A stretch of 64,000 nucleotides of DNA from an uncultured Eubacteriales bacterium (GTDB taxonomy: Bacteria > Bacillota > Desulfotomaculia > Desulfotomaculales > Pelotomaculaceae), in contig CAYMJG010000001.1 of the NCBI GenBank assembly GCA_964390855.1, forward strand, positions 37,726 through 101,725. Reading direction: 5' to 3'. The notes under the pieces are model-generated. The model saw only the letters and a list, made by a program, of their open reading frames with translations, had not been told where the DNA came from and did no database searches. A program made the translations under genes and the position numbers. Shown here one piece after another: positions 1-8,963 of this stretch (within the stretch, counting starts at the first letter, position 1; each line of letters begins with the position of its first letter).

Positions 1-921
1 TAATGCGTAGGCGCCGGTCAAATCATGGGCAAAAGAGAAAAGGATGAGAGAAATGGCGCTCATGGCAAATCCAAAGGCCAGCAAAAATTTGAGCCTTAAA
101 ATGTCAGCCAGACGGCCCATCGGCAGAAAAGAAACAGCTGCGGCGCCGCCGCCGATGAGAAGAAGCAAGGCATACTGGTTGGGGCTGAAGCCAAGTGTAT
201 TTGCAGCATACAGAGGGAGCAGCGGGAGAATGATGCCGCCGGTCATGGTCTGCAAAAACATGCCGGGCAAAAGTATTTTCGTAAAAGCCTGATTCCGGGC
301 CATCTTTGAAATTTCTTTCCAGAACGAAAAGCCGGAATCGCCGGTTGTTTTACATTCTGCGACCGGAAGCATTAAAATGGTTACAAGTAAGGCGCACCCC
401 CACAGGACAATCAGCAGCAGGAAAGCAAGGCTAAAACCGCGGGCAATAAAAAAATTTATGACCACCGGACCGCTGCCGCCGCCCAGAAGCCACACGCTAA
501 AAACCAATCCCATACGCGTGGCCCTGTCCTTTAACTGTACAGGGGCGATACCGCTGACAACTGCCAGCCAGACCGGCGAAACAGCCAGTCCTAGAAAAGC
601 TGAGCCGAATATTAAAATAGCGGGAGAGTTAGTGTGTCTCATGATTAATAATATAATCAGACCAAACAAAAGGCCCAGGTGTAAAACCCGGTAACCCTTG
701 TGGTCCAGTTGCCAACCGGCTGCGCCTTTGCAAAGCGTTTCCCCGAGGAAATGGGCCGATACCGCCAGTCCCGTTGCCGCGACTGAAATACCTAGATAAT
801 TAACTGCGTAAAGCGGCAGGAAGGTAAGAAAAAAAGCCCCCCTGGTAAAGTCTATGAGGAAAAGCAGCAGTATCAAGCCCAGTTCCTTTTTTGATGTGAA
901 GATAATTTTTAACTCATGCAA
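1..921 (-). CDS. MFS-type transporter, C-terminus cut by window edge
   Basis: Open minus-strand frame runs off the window start, so it is absent from the ORF track. My translation from TTG 921 reads LHELKIIFTSKKELGLILLLFLIDFTRGAFFLTFLPLYAVNYLGISVAATGLAVSAHFLGE... It contains many hydrophobic helices. GGAGG lies at 935-939. Confidence 0.55.
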   Translation of the reverse strand, partial: MHELKIIFTSKKELGLILLLFLIDFTRGAFFLTFLPLYAVNYLGISVAATGLAVSAHFLGETLCKGAAGWQLDHKGYRVLHLGLLFGLIILLIMRHTNSPAILIFGSAFLGLAVSPVWLAVVSGIAPVQLKDRATRMGLVFSVWLLGGGSGPVVINFFIARGFSLAFLLLIVLWGCALLVTILMLPVAECKTTGDSGFSFWKEISKMARNQAFTKILLPGMFLQTMTGGIILPLLPLYAANTLGFSPNQYALLLLIGGGAAAVSFLPMGRLADILRLKFLLAFGFAMSAISLILFSFAHDLTGAYAL

Positions 922-960
922 TAACTTGGGGCAACCTCCTTGGTTTGTATAGTCTGTTTT

Positions 961-988
961 GCGCCATACATATTATACACTATGGCGC
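961..988. promoter_or_regulatory. Perfect 8-bp inverted repeat GCGCCATA-N12-TATGGCGC upstream of the MFS gene, possible operator
   Basis: The repeat is seen directly. On the minus strand the loop contains TATAAT, a -10-like hexamer. There is no T-run, so it is not a terminator. Confidence 0.25.
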
Positions 989-1299
989 CTGCAGGAAAAC
1001 AATTTTTAGGTCATTTTGATTATTATGTTTTTTAAGGGCGGGAAGAATTATCCTCCGGAGGCGGGCCAAAAAATAATAATATATCAAAATATATTCAGAC
1101 TAAGCTGTTTAAAGGCACCATAATGTTAATATTCTTTATATATGCAGGCATATTTGACAATAATTTATAAATTAATAACATTATCTATCAGTATTATCTG
1201 TAATCGTTAAGATATATTACCTAACATAAATCTTTTTTTTAGGGTAATCATAATATTAGCTACCGCATAATAATAAAATTGAGAAAGGAGGTTGAGCAA

Positions 1300-1560
1300 A
1301 TGCCTCGTAATACTAATTCAACTGTAATACCTGGGGTCAGCAATGCGCTTGATCAAATGAAGTTCGAGGTTGCCAATGAACTCGGCTTCACCAACTATGA
1401 ACAGATCGACAAAGGCAGCCTGCCGAGCAGGGTGAATGGTTATGTTGGGGGCAATATCACCAAAAGGCTGGTAGCACTTGGACAATCCGCTCTGGCCAGC
1501 AATACTGCCGCTGCAGTAAACGCTGCGAGTCAGGTCAACTTGGAGCATCCCATAGGTTAA
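1300..1560 (+). CDS. Alpha/beta-type small acid-soluble spore protein (SASP)
   Basis: ATG 1300 follows GAAAGGAGG. The motifs KFEVANELG (Gpr cleavage-type site) and SRVNGYVGGNITKRLV are typical of SspA/B-type SASPs. The ORF-track start at 1279 overlaps the RBS. Confidence 0.85.
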   Translation: MPRNTNSTVIPGVSNALDQMKFEVANELGFTNYEQIDKGSLPSRVNGYVGGNITKRLVALGQSALASNTAAAVNAASQVNLEHPIG

Positions 1561-1591
1561 TCTAATATGAAAGGAATCTCATAATTTACTT

Positions 1592-1630
1592 AAAAGAGGA
1601 TTAGAAAGTTTAATCCTCTTTTAAGTTTTT
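1592..1630 (+). terminator. Rho-independent terminator after the SASP gene
   Basis: 12-bp stem AAAAGAGGATTA / TAATCCTCTTTT with a 7-nt loop, followed by AAGTTTTT. Confidence 0.7.
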
Positions 1631-1728
1631 GTATTATTAGTACATATAAAACAAAAACTTATAAGCAGAAGGAAATTTTGTTTATTTGAAGAATAGTAAA
1701 TTATTACTATAGAAATGGGAAGGTCGAT

Positions 1729-2175
1729 GTGATGAAAAATTTCAAACATAAGCTAATGGCTGTTATGCAGCATGTGGTCATAGTAAATCGAAGAGAGGTC
1801 CTGCTGCTGCGTTACTCCGACTACCAGGGGCAAGGCGTTGAAGGGAAATGGGGTCTGCCCGGAGGTCATTATGTGTCAGGTGACCCAACTGCGGATCTAA
1901 AAAGAGAGGTTATGGAGGAAACCGGTCTTCATCTGGGTGGCAGCCCGCGTCTTTTAAAAAATTTTGTTGTGATGTTCCCTGACGGGGTAGAAAGGTATGG
2001 CGTGTTTTACCTTCATAAGATAGGAAGCGCAGGTAGGCCCGTTATTTCTCTAAGCAGCGAACACACTGAATATTTATGGGCGGGCCGGGGGGATTTGGAA
2101 ATACCGTTTATCGGTCCTTATCACAGGTCAGTTGTCGAAGAAACTCTCGAAAAAATAAATATAATAAATATTTAA
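1729..2175 (+). CDS. NUDIX hydrolase
   Basis: Nudix box GLPGGHYVSGDPTADLKREVMEETGL (GX5EX7REUXEEXGU pattern). Confidence 0.8.
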   Translation: MMKNFKHKLMAVMQHVVIVNRREVLLLRYSDYQGQGVEGKWGLPGGHYVSGDPTADLKREVMEETGLHLGGSPRLLKNFVVMFPDGVERYGVFYLHKIGSAGRPVISLSSEHTEYLWAGRGDLEIPFIGPYHRSVVEETLEKINIINI

Positions 2176-2236
2176 TCTTTCGGAAAGATAATTTTAAATA
2201 ATTCGTAATAGATTCTCTTTATAAGGGGTTTTGAAA

Positions 2237-2788
2237 ATGAGCTGGCTAAAAAGGTTTCAAAATGAACATACAGCAGTATACTATATTTTAACCAAGCTGG
2301 AAGGGAACCTGAAAGATATTGAACATGATACGGCCGGCATGAATGTAATCTGGGAACTGAAAGAACTGGCGGATATAATTAATAATGTGCTCATTCCACA
2401 TTTTAGGTCGGAGGAAAAGGATGTCTACCCTAAAGCCCTAGAGTTGACTGATGACAAAAATTTTATCATGGGCATGTATGAAGAGCATAATTTGCTTTAT
2501 GACTCCTTTGACGAATTTATCGCCTCTTTAGGAGCAGAAAACCTTGGATTGCGAGTGCAGCAGGGTAACAAACTGGCCCAGGTCATCGCCAAATCAAAAA
2601 ATTCCGAGGTAAGCGAGGCGCCTAAAAATCTTGATCAGCCATTGGAGAAAACTCCAACCTTGAAAATAAATAAAGAAGCTCTTCTGAAAAGCGGTGATCA
2701 AATTATACGGTTATTGAGAAGGCATATCCAAAAAGAAGAAACGCAATTATACGAGATGCTGAACAAAAAAATAAATCCCGAGCCATAA
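2237..2788 (+). CDS. Hemerythrin-like (HHE cation-binding) domain protein
   Basis: Two H-x2-EE-x2-(V/L)Y motifs (HFRSEEKDVYP, HIQKEETQLY). ATG 2237 lies 8 nt after AAGGGG; TTG 2231 is an alternative start. Confidence 0.55.
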   Translation: MSWLKRFQNEHTAVYYILTKLEGNLKDIEHDTAGMNVIWELKELADIINNVLIPHFRSEEKDVYPKALELTDDKNFIMGMYEEHNLLYDSFDEFIASLGAENLGLRVQQGNKLAQVIAKSKNSEVSEAPKNLDQPLEKTPTLKINKEALLKSGDQIIRLLRRHIQKEETQLYEMLNKKINPEP

Positions 2789-2843
2789 GATGTTTTTTAC
2801 CCGGCACAGGCCCGGTATCAAAATAAAATAAGGAGTGATAGTT

Positions 2844-3377
2844 TTGGAATTAAAGGGAAGCAAAACAGAGGCTAATTTAAGGGCTGCTTTTTCTGGCGAA
2901 TCCGAAGCACGTAACAAGTATTCCTATTTTGCCAGCACAGCGAAAAAGGAAGGTTATGAGCAGATATCCGCCATTTTTTTAGAAACTGCAGATAACGAAA
3001 AAGAACATGCTAAAAGGATCTTTAAATTCTTAAATGGAATCGGTTCGACTGAAGATAATTTAAAGGCGGCGGCAGGCGGTGAACACTACGAATGGAAATC
3101 GATGTACAAAGATTTTGAAGATGTGGCAAGAAAAGAGGGTTTCACTGAAATAGCCAACTTCTTTAAATCAGTGGCCACAGTAGAAAAGGAGCATGAAGAA
3201 CGTTATCTTGCCCTCCTTAATAACCTCAATAAGGGAACTGTTTTTCAAAAAGAGCAGGAGATCCAGTGGAAATGCAGAAACTGCGGTCATATTCACACCG
3301 GCAAAGAAGCACCGGAGGTATGCCCCACGTGTGACCACCCCCGCGCGTATTTTGAAGTCAGATGTGAAAACTATTAG
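2844..3377 (+). CDS. rbr: Rubrerythrin
   Basis: N-terminal ferritin-like [25 protein letters not shown] and [15 protein letters not shown] motifs. C-terminal rubredoxin-type CRNCG...CPTCDHP. TTG 2844 lies 8 nt after AGGAG. Confidence 0.9.
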   Translation: MELKGSKTEANLRAAFSGESEARNKYSYFASTAKKEGYEQISAIFLETADNEKEHAKRIFKFLNGIGSTEDNLKAAAGGEHYEWKSMYKDFEDVARKEGFTEIANFFKSVATVEKEHEERYLALLNNLNKGTVFQKEQEIQWKCRNCGHIHTGKEAPEVCPTCDHPRAYFEVRCENY

Positions 3378-3379
3378 CC

Positions 3380-3408
3380 AAAAAAACCCGCCTCACGGCG
3401 GGTTTTAT
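3380..3408. terminator. Bidirectional rho-independent terminator between rbr and the convergent gene
   Basis: AACCCGCC-TCAC-GGCGGGTT flanked by an A-run and a T-rich tract. Confidence 0.7.
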
Positions 3409-3422
3409 AACTCAAAATGGGG

Positions 3423-3968
3423 TTAAAAAAATTTAATTGACGGATGAATTACCAGGTTTTCATTCTGCAATTCCAATTTGGTTATTTCAAGGTTGTTCAG
3501 CAAGAATCCCAGCTTATTCTGCAATGCTTTACTGAAACCTGGTATTTGATTGAAATCAAGAACAAAATTGTTTTCAGTTATTGTCAGATAAGCAAACATA
3601 TCAATTAAACTTGTTGGAGCCCCGGCAGCTTTTGCCGCGGTTGTATCGATGTCCGCTGTCAGTTTGGCCTTGATGGTGATGCCGTAAACCATAATGGTTG
3701 CCGGGCTGATTAGTATCAGTTCAATGAAGCGGTTTGTCCTGTTAAACTCAAACCTTCCCGGCGATAGCTCCAGCTGCAGGTTGACAGCAGTGCTCCCGCC
3801 GGCCAGGATATCCACTCCAACTGTAAGGCTACCTTCATTAAAAGACAGGGTCACATCCTTGATCGTCTCATTATCCGCTATTGCTTCTTTGATCATTTTG
3901 TTGATAAACTCCTGGTGGATAGTAATGTTACCGCCAAATAGGTTCTTGATGTTACCAAGGATATCCAT
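3423..3968 (-). CDS. Hypothetical protein
   Basis: Clean ORF; the likely start is the internal Met (MDILGNIKNLFGG...). I recognise no motif. Confidence 0.55.
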   Translation of the reverse strand: MDILGNIKNLFGGNITIHQEFINKMIKEAIADNETIKDVTLSFNEGSLTVGVDILAGGSTAVNLQLELSPGRFEFNRTNRFIELILISPATIMVYGITIKAKLTADIDTTAAKAAGAPTSLIDMFAYLTITENNFVLDFNQIPGFSKALQNKLGFLLNNLEITKLELQNENLVIHPSIKFF

Positions 3969-4067
3969 CCTTTTGCAACCATTCCTTTCTTTTTCACTGT
4001 TTTGTCCATTACACACAGGATTTTTTAGATACTATCCTATTTCAGTTTAATCCAAGCTTATCACTTT

Positions 4068-4625
4068 TTAGTAACATCTTTGCAGGGTGCGAGTGAGGTA
4101 GATAATCCTGCACACGCTTTCCAGACAGGAGGTCCAATGGCAGGCCTCTTCCAGCGTACAGCCTGAGGCAAAGCTGCCGTGGCCGCGCACAACTACTATT
4201 TTATGGCTTCTCAGCAAGGCCGGCAGCTTTTCTTCTACCTCCGCAGAACCAATCGTAACCTTCGCATCCAGGACGGGTATCTTATCCAACAGGTAGGCGC
4301 CCTCAGCATCCAGCGGTGTGATTTCATCCGTCAGTAAAGAAAGACTGACGGCGTGCGGCGGGTGGGCATGGACGATCGCCAGGGCATCAGTGTCCCTGTA
4401 AACGGCCCGGTGCACGCCAGTTTCCGTGGAAGCCAACCCCGTATTACTATCGTTAAAGGTCAGCGCTGTTTCAATCAAATCCTTTCCCTCCAGGAAACCC
4501 AACATAGCGCCTTTTCTGGTGATCACAAGCCGTTCCGCCAGTCGTACACTCAAGTTGCCGCTATGTGAATTATTTAACCCGGCCTGGAAAAGATCCAGCC
4601 CCACCCGCTGAAAATCCCTTAACAC
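4068..4625 (-). CDS. Class II aldolase/adducin-family protein
   Basis: NSHSGNLSVR, HAHPPHAVSLS and VVVRGHGSFASG resemble fuculose-1-P aldolase / MTRu-1-P dehydratase-type metal and active-site motifs. Confidence 0.7.
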   Translation of the reverse strand: MLRDFQRVGLDLFQAGLNNSHSGNLSVRLAERLVITRKGAMLGFLEGKDLIETALTFNDSNTGLASTETGVHRAVYRDTDALAIVHAHPPHAVSLSLLTDEITPLDAEGAYLLDKIPVLDAKVTIGSAEVEEKLPALLRSHKIVVVRGHGSFASGCTLEEACHWTSCLESVCRIIYLTRTLQRCY

Positions 4626-4776
4626 GAAACTCCCCCGTCTCAGTCCGTTTATTTCAAAACATCCAGGTATTTCTTCTTAATATTTTCTTTGGAACAGATT
4701 AAATCCCTTTTTTATGGTAGGGGTTTTTTCAGTATATTTTTTCCGGCCGGCTGCATAATAAAACAAAAATAAAGCT

Positions 4777-5880
4777 TTGGAGGAAAAATATTTGAATAAG
4801 TTGCGCGTGGGCATTATCGGCAGTGGCATGGCTTTTGAAAAATTACATTACCCGGCCTATAGGGAATTGGCTGATAAGTACGAAATAGTAGCAATTTGTG
4901 ACGTTGATCGTTTTAAAGCGGAGGCCTGGGCAAAAAATATCGGTATCGCTTTACAAAATGTATATACTGATTATAAAGAAATAGCTGCTAGAAAGGACAT
5001 TGACCTTTTTGATATTATGGTGCCGATCGAAAAAAATTATGAAATTACAGATGCTGTTGCCGCCATCGCCGGAAAGCCTATTATCTGTGAAAAGCCCCTC
5101 GCGCCAAACCTCCGGCAGGCCAGGGCCCATGCGGAACTGCCCAGAAAATACGGCATCCCGGTAATGATTGCTGAAAACTACCGGCATAACGAAGAAATAG
5201 AAATGATCAGAGATATGGTCAGGACAAAAAAGGTCGGCGATACACTTTATTTTATTCAAAACAGGGTGGTAAATTTTCCGGAAGATATGCTCAAGGACAA
5301 ATTTCCAGCCCGGGAGTGGCGCCAGTATGCGGATTTTACGGGGGGCGCCCTGCTTGATACGGGTGTCCACGACCTGGCCGCGATGCGCCATGTTTTTGGC
5401 GCTGTGGACAGACTTCAGGCTTTTGGCCGGGAGCAGATGATGAATTTTGCACCGTATTCCGTTGTTTGCGTCAATGTATTGTTCAAAAGCGGTGTTGTCG
5501 GTATGTTTGCATTTTTTTCAGCAGGGAAAGAAATACAGCGTCCCCTAATCGGCTTGCGCATATTTGGCTCAGGGGGGATGATTTACCTGGAGGAAAGGGA
5601 CTGCGGATTTATCAACGTGACCCATAATGACGGAGTGCACGAATTAATCCCCTACAAGCCCCAGCGCGGCTATTACAACGAGTTGCTTAATTTTTACAAC
5701 GCTGCGATGGGCAAGGAACCCATATCAGTTACGCCGGAAATGGAATTCGGTGACGCTAAAATGATTTTTGATGTGATTAAGTCCATTGAAGAAGAGAAAA
5801 TCATAGAGGTGGACAGGGGTTACGATTATATTCCGAACTACCGGCCTGTAAGAGGTGAGGGCATTTACCACCGGCTCTAG
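4777..5880 (+). CDS. Gfo/Idh/MocA-family NAD(P)-dependent oxidoreductase
   Basis: N-terminal Rossmann motif LRVGIIGSGMAF and the EKP motif (ICEKPLA). Confidence 0.75.
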   Translation: MEEKYLNKLRVGIIGSGMAFEKLHYPAYRELADKYEIVAICDVDRFKAEAWAKNIGIALQNVYTDYKEIAARKDIDLFDIMVPIEKNYEITDAVAAIAGKPIICEKPLAPNLRQARAHAELPRKYGIPVMIAENYRHNEEIEMIRDMVRTKKVGDTLYFIQNRVVNFPEDMLKDKFPAREWRQYADFTGGALLDTGVHDLAAMRHVFGAVDRLQAFGREQMMNFAPYSVVCVNVLFKSGVVGMFAFFSAGKEIQRPLIGLRIFGSGGMIYLEERDCGFINVTHNDGVHELIPYKPQRGYYNELLNFYNAAMGKEPISVTPEMEFGDAKMIFDVIKSIEEEKIIEVDRGYDYIPNYRPVRGEGIYHRL

Positions 5881-5980
5881 GCGCAGCACCGTCTTTAGTG
5901 CGGCTATAAGCGCGGCGCAAGCCGCATCCTCAGGCAAGGCCGCGTCAGTCGTAGGACCGCTTTTAGCCCGCCATTACACC

Positions 5981-6039
5981 GGGGACATACCTCGACCCCA
6001 ACAAGCAATACCCGTTAGAAAGGTATGTCCCCGTTCCGC
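5981..6039. repeat. 12-bp perfect inverted repeat (GGGGACATACCT ... AGGTATGTCCCC); its right arm is part of a 33-nt repeat also found at 36024-36056
   Basis: The arms at 5981-5992 and 6021-6032 are exact reverse complements. 6007-6039 matches 36024-36056 at 30/33 positions. Confidence 0.6.
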
Positions 6040-6195
6040 CGCCCGGCATCATCAAACCCTCCGTCCCAATGACAACGCCCCTGACGCTTTTATGCCCTTT
6101 AAGTTTCGCTTTTTTTGCTAACGTTTATTTTAATGCAGGAAAAAGTGTCCTTTCGTATAAACTATTTAAGAAAAGGATTGCGGATTTTATGCGGG

Positions 6196-7002
6196 GTGTT
6201 AACTGTGACCAGTTTTCAGGGGATCGGTCTTTTTGATTCGGGTGTCGGCGGCCTCTCAGTAATGAGGGAGGTGCGCCGCCGGTTGCCGGCGGAAGACCTT
6301 GTTTATTTTGCCGACTCGGCGCACTGCCCTTACGGGGCAAAGCCGGTAAAGGTGATACGCGGCAGGGCATTTGCCATATGTGACTTTCTGGTTGAACACG
6401 GGGTCAAGCTAATTGTAATCGCCAGTAATACAACATCTGCTGCCGCTTTAGAAGCTGTGCGTGAAAAATATAGCATACCAGTTATTGGGGTGGAACCTGC
6501 CGTAAAACCGGCTGCAGCTGCAACAGTTAATGGTAAAATCGGGGTTATCGCCACCGGGGTGACCTTGATAGGAGAAAGGTTTGATTCACTGGTAAAAAGA
6601 TTTGGAAAAGGGTTGCAGATATTTACTCAACCTTGCCCCGGACTGGTTGAAATAGTTGAGTCAGGCAGTTGGGATAATGTGGAAACTGAAAAACTGGTTG
6701 GCGGCTACCTGAACAAACTTCTGGCCAGGGGAGTGGACACCATTATTCTTGGCTGTACTCATTATCCTTTCCTCAGACCGGTGATCGAAAAACTGGCCGG
6801 CAGCGATATCAAGGTCATCGACAGCGGGGAGGGGGTTGCCAGGCAGGTAGCCCGTGTACTGGAAAATGAGCATCTGCGGCAAGATCCTGAATCAACCGGT
6901 GATGAAACCTTTTTTACCAGCGGCGATCCGGGGTTGGTAGAACCGGTGATGCGAATCCTCTGGGGAAAACCCGGCCTTGCGGTTAAAAATATTAATATTT
7001 GA
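6196..7002 (+). CDS. murI: Glutamate racemase
   Basis: IGLFDSGVGGLSV, CPYG, IVIASNTTSA and GCTHYPF motifs. The start is probably GTG 6196 or 6205; the ORF-track start 6115 adds about 27 non-conserved residues. Confidence 0.88.
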   Translation: MLTVTSFQGIGLFDSGVGGLSVMREVRRRLPAEDLVYFADSAHCPYGAKPVKVIRGRAFAICDFLVEHGVKLIVIASNTTSAAALEAVREKYSIPVIGVEPAVKPAAAATVNGKIGVIATGVTLIGERFDSLVKRFGKGLQIFTQPCPGLVEIVESGSWDNVETEKLVGGYLNKLLARGVDTIILGCTHYPFLRPVIEKLAGSDIKVIDSGEGVARQVARVLENEHLRQDPESTGDETFFTSGDPGLVEPVMRILWGKPGLAVKNINI

Positions 7003-8927
7003 TTCGGCTGTGGTTTTCCGCTATTCCCGTACCCCCATGCCAATTAGACGGAGTGTTCTCCAAAAATTTCTTTTTTAAGAAGGTTAAACATCGGGTGGGT
7101 CAAAAAAAATATTTTTATGTAGCCCCGGCGGCTGTCGTTCTGTTAGCTGTTGCCCTGATTATGACCCTATTTCTGCATTATTCCTGGGCGGAACCATATA
7201 GGCCGGTTCAGGTTGCCCTCCTGGCAGGGGAAATTGCCAATGGGCAGGACCGGGATATCCTGGCTGTCTATGAACAGATCCTTAGAGAAGAAGGATTTTC
7301 TTACCGGGTGGTTGAGCCTGCAGAACTGGCGGATTGTGCCCCGGGACAATTGCAAATGCGCTTTCAGGCGATTGTGGCGCCTGAAAAAATTAATGCCGGA
7401 TTAACCGGGGAAACTGCCGCGATAATTTCCTCTTATGTCAAGGAACAGGGCGGGTGCGTGCTTTTCTCCATGGATCCCGCCACTGAAATTCCGGGCGGGG
7501 ATCTGCGGTCCACACCGTTAATGGAGAATTTATTGGGTGTGAAATATAATCTGCCTGCAGCTGACGGCGGGGTGTCCACCTATTCCGGCTATCTTTATTT
7601 TGACGGTAAGGAAAGCGGGCAAAAATGGGGAATTACACCCGGCAAACTTGACGGTGAAAATGCCTACAGTACATATTCATACGGAAGGTTGAAATTAACC
7701 CATACAAGGGCGGCAAATGTTGATGCCCAGGTGGCGGCCCTGGATAAAAATGAGGGCGCCGGGGTTCCCGTGCTGACTATAAAAGACTATGACAGCGGGG
7801 GAAGCGCAGTTTATGCCAACGTGCCCCTGGCCAACAGCAAGCTTATATCTGACGACCTCTTGCCCAGGGCTATCCTGCGAACATTTCTGATCAACTACGC
7901 CAAGGTCCCCCGACTGGTGAACAGCCCCGGGGGCATGGGGGGGGTTGTCTTTAATCTGCACATTTGCAGCGGCGCTTACTTAAGGCCTTTGACGGTAATG
8001 TTGATGCAGGGTCTTTTTAACAGTGACATGCCGATGTCAATCCACGTTACAGCGGGGCCCGACACTTATAAGCTCGGGGATAACATGGGTTTTTTCGCCG
8101 AAAACGAGTTCCGGGGGCGGCCAATTTTAGAGGTGCTGCAGAATTATGGAGCAATTGGCTCCCACGGCGGTTGGGCCCACAATTTTTTTGCCGCTGATCT
8201 GCAATATCTGCCACAGGATAAGGCGTTTCAGCTCCTTGATTGGAACTTCAAGGCGCTGGAAGAGGTGACGGGCAGGAAGGTGCTTGAATACAGCGCCCCC
8301 GGCGGCAACCACCCCTTCTGGGTCAATGATAAACTTGAGGAAGAAGGAGTTAATTCATATTATTATGCTGGTGATTCAGGCTCCAGTCCCTCTCACCCAC
8401 GCATATATGAGAGCTGCGCCACCGGGAATTTATGGGCGTTTCCGATAACTCCCTTCCGGCGCTATGCTTCACTAGAAGAAATGGAAAGGGGCCGCGTGCC
8501 GCTGGTAGAGGTGCGGCAGTGGATGGAGGAATTGATAGATTTCTCAGCTGAAGAAAGGGTAATCAGGATGGTTTATACCCACCCTTCCGACACCCGTTAT
8601 TGTCTTGAGGCAATCAGGGCTCTGGAAGAAAAAGCTATTACTGAACAAAGCGCGGGGCGGATCAGGATAGCCCCGATGAACCACTTTGCCGATTTTCTGA
8701 ACCGTTACGCCAAAACAAAATGGGAAATTAAAAAGGCGGGCAATGACTATACCATTGAACTTGAAAACGCAGCAGGTTTGAAAGATATCACTGCTGCCGT
8801 CTATGTGGGCGAGGAAAATAAAATTATTATAGACAGTGAAGTAAAAACGTCTGAAGAAAATGGCTGGCTCTACATTACAGTGACCTCTAACACCAGGAAA
8901 AAGACCATAGAAGTCAATACAATCTAG
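6999..8927 (+). CDS. Large membrane-anchored protein of unknown function with degenerate polysaccharide-deacetylase-like motifs
   Basis: One N-terminal TM segment (YFYVAPAAVVLLAVALIMTLFL). GSHGGWAH, YSAPGGNHPFW and MVYTHPSD loosely resemble NodB/CE4 motifs. The start is uncertain; GTG 7095 just before the TM is plausible. Confidence 0.5.
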   Translation: MIRLWFSAIPVPPCQLDGVFSKNFFFKKVKHRVGQKKYFYVAPAAVVLLAVALIMTLFLHYSWAEPYRPVQVALLAGEIANGQDRDILAVYEQILREEGFSYRVVEPAELADCAPGQLQMRFQAIVAPEKINAGLTGETAAIISSYVKEQGGCVLFSMDPATEIPGGDLRSTPLMENLLGVKYNLPAADGGVSTYSGYLYFDGKESGQKWGITPGKLDGENAYSTYSYGRLKLTHTRAANVDAQVAALDKNEGAGVPVLTIKDYDSGGSAVYANVPLANSKLISDDLLPRAILRTFLINYAKVPRLVNSPGGMGGVVFNLHICSGAYLRPLTVMLMQGLFNSDMPMSIHVTAGPDTYKLGDNMGFFAENEFRGRPILEVLQNYGAIGSHGGWAHNFFAADLQYLPQDKAFQLLDWNFKALEEVTGRKVLEYSAPGGNHPFWVNDKLEEEGVNSYYYAGDSGSSPSHPRIYESCATGNLWAFPITPFRRYASLEEMERGRVPLVEVRQWMEELIDFSAEERVIRMVYTHPSDTRYCLEAIRALEEKAITEQSAGRIRIAPMNHFADFLNRYAKTKWEIKKAGNDYTIELENAAGLKDITAAVYVGEENKIIIDSEVKTSEENGWLYITVTSNTRKKTIEVNTI

Positions 8928-8963
8928 AAAATATTAGGGAAGCCCTCCTCAGATGAGAAAGGA

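Noticed and set aside
1224-1272. Forespore (sigma-G type) promoter upstream of the SASP gene, with two CATAATA -10-like heptamers at 1249-1255 and 1266-1272.
   Set aside because: The -10-like elements are present, but I could not pair either with a convincing GNATA -35 at 17-18 nt spacing. It is too uncertain to list as a feature.
5855-6121. 88-aa plus-strand ORF in the oxidoreductase-murI spacer.
   Set aside because: It has Ala/Arg/Pro/Ser-rich low complexity and no RBS. It overlaps the inverted-repeat element, so I treated it as non-coding structured DNA.
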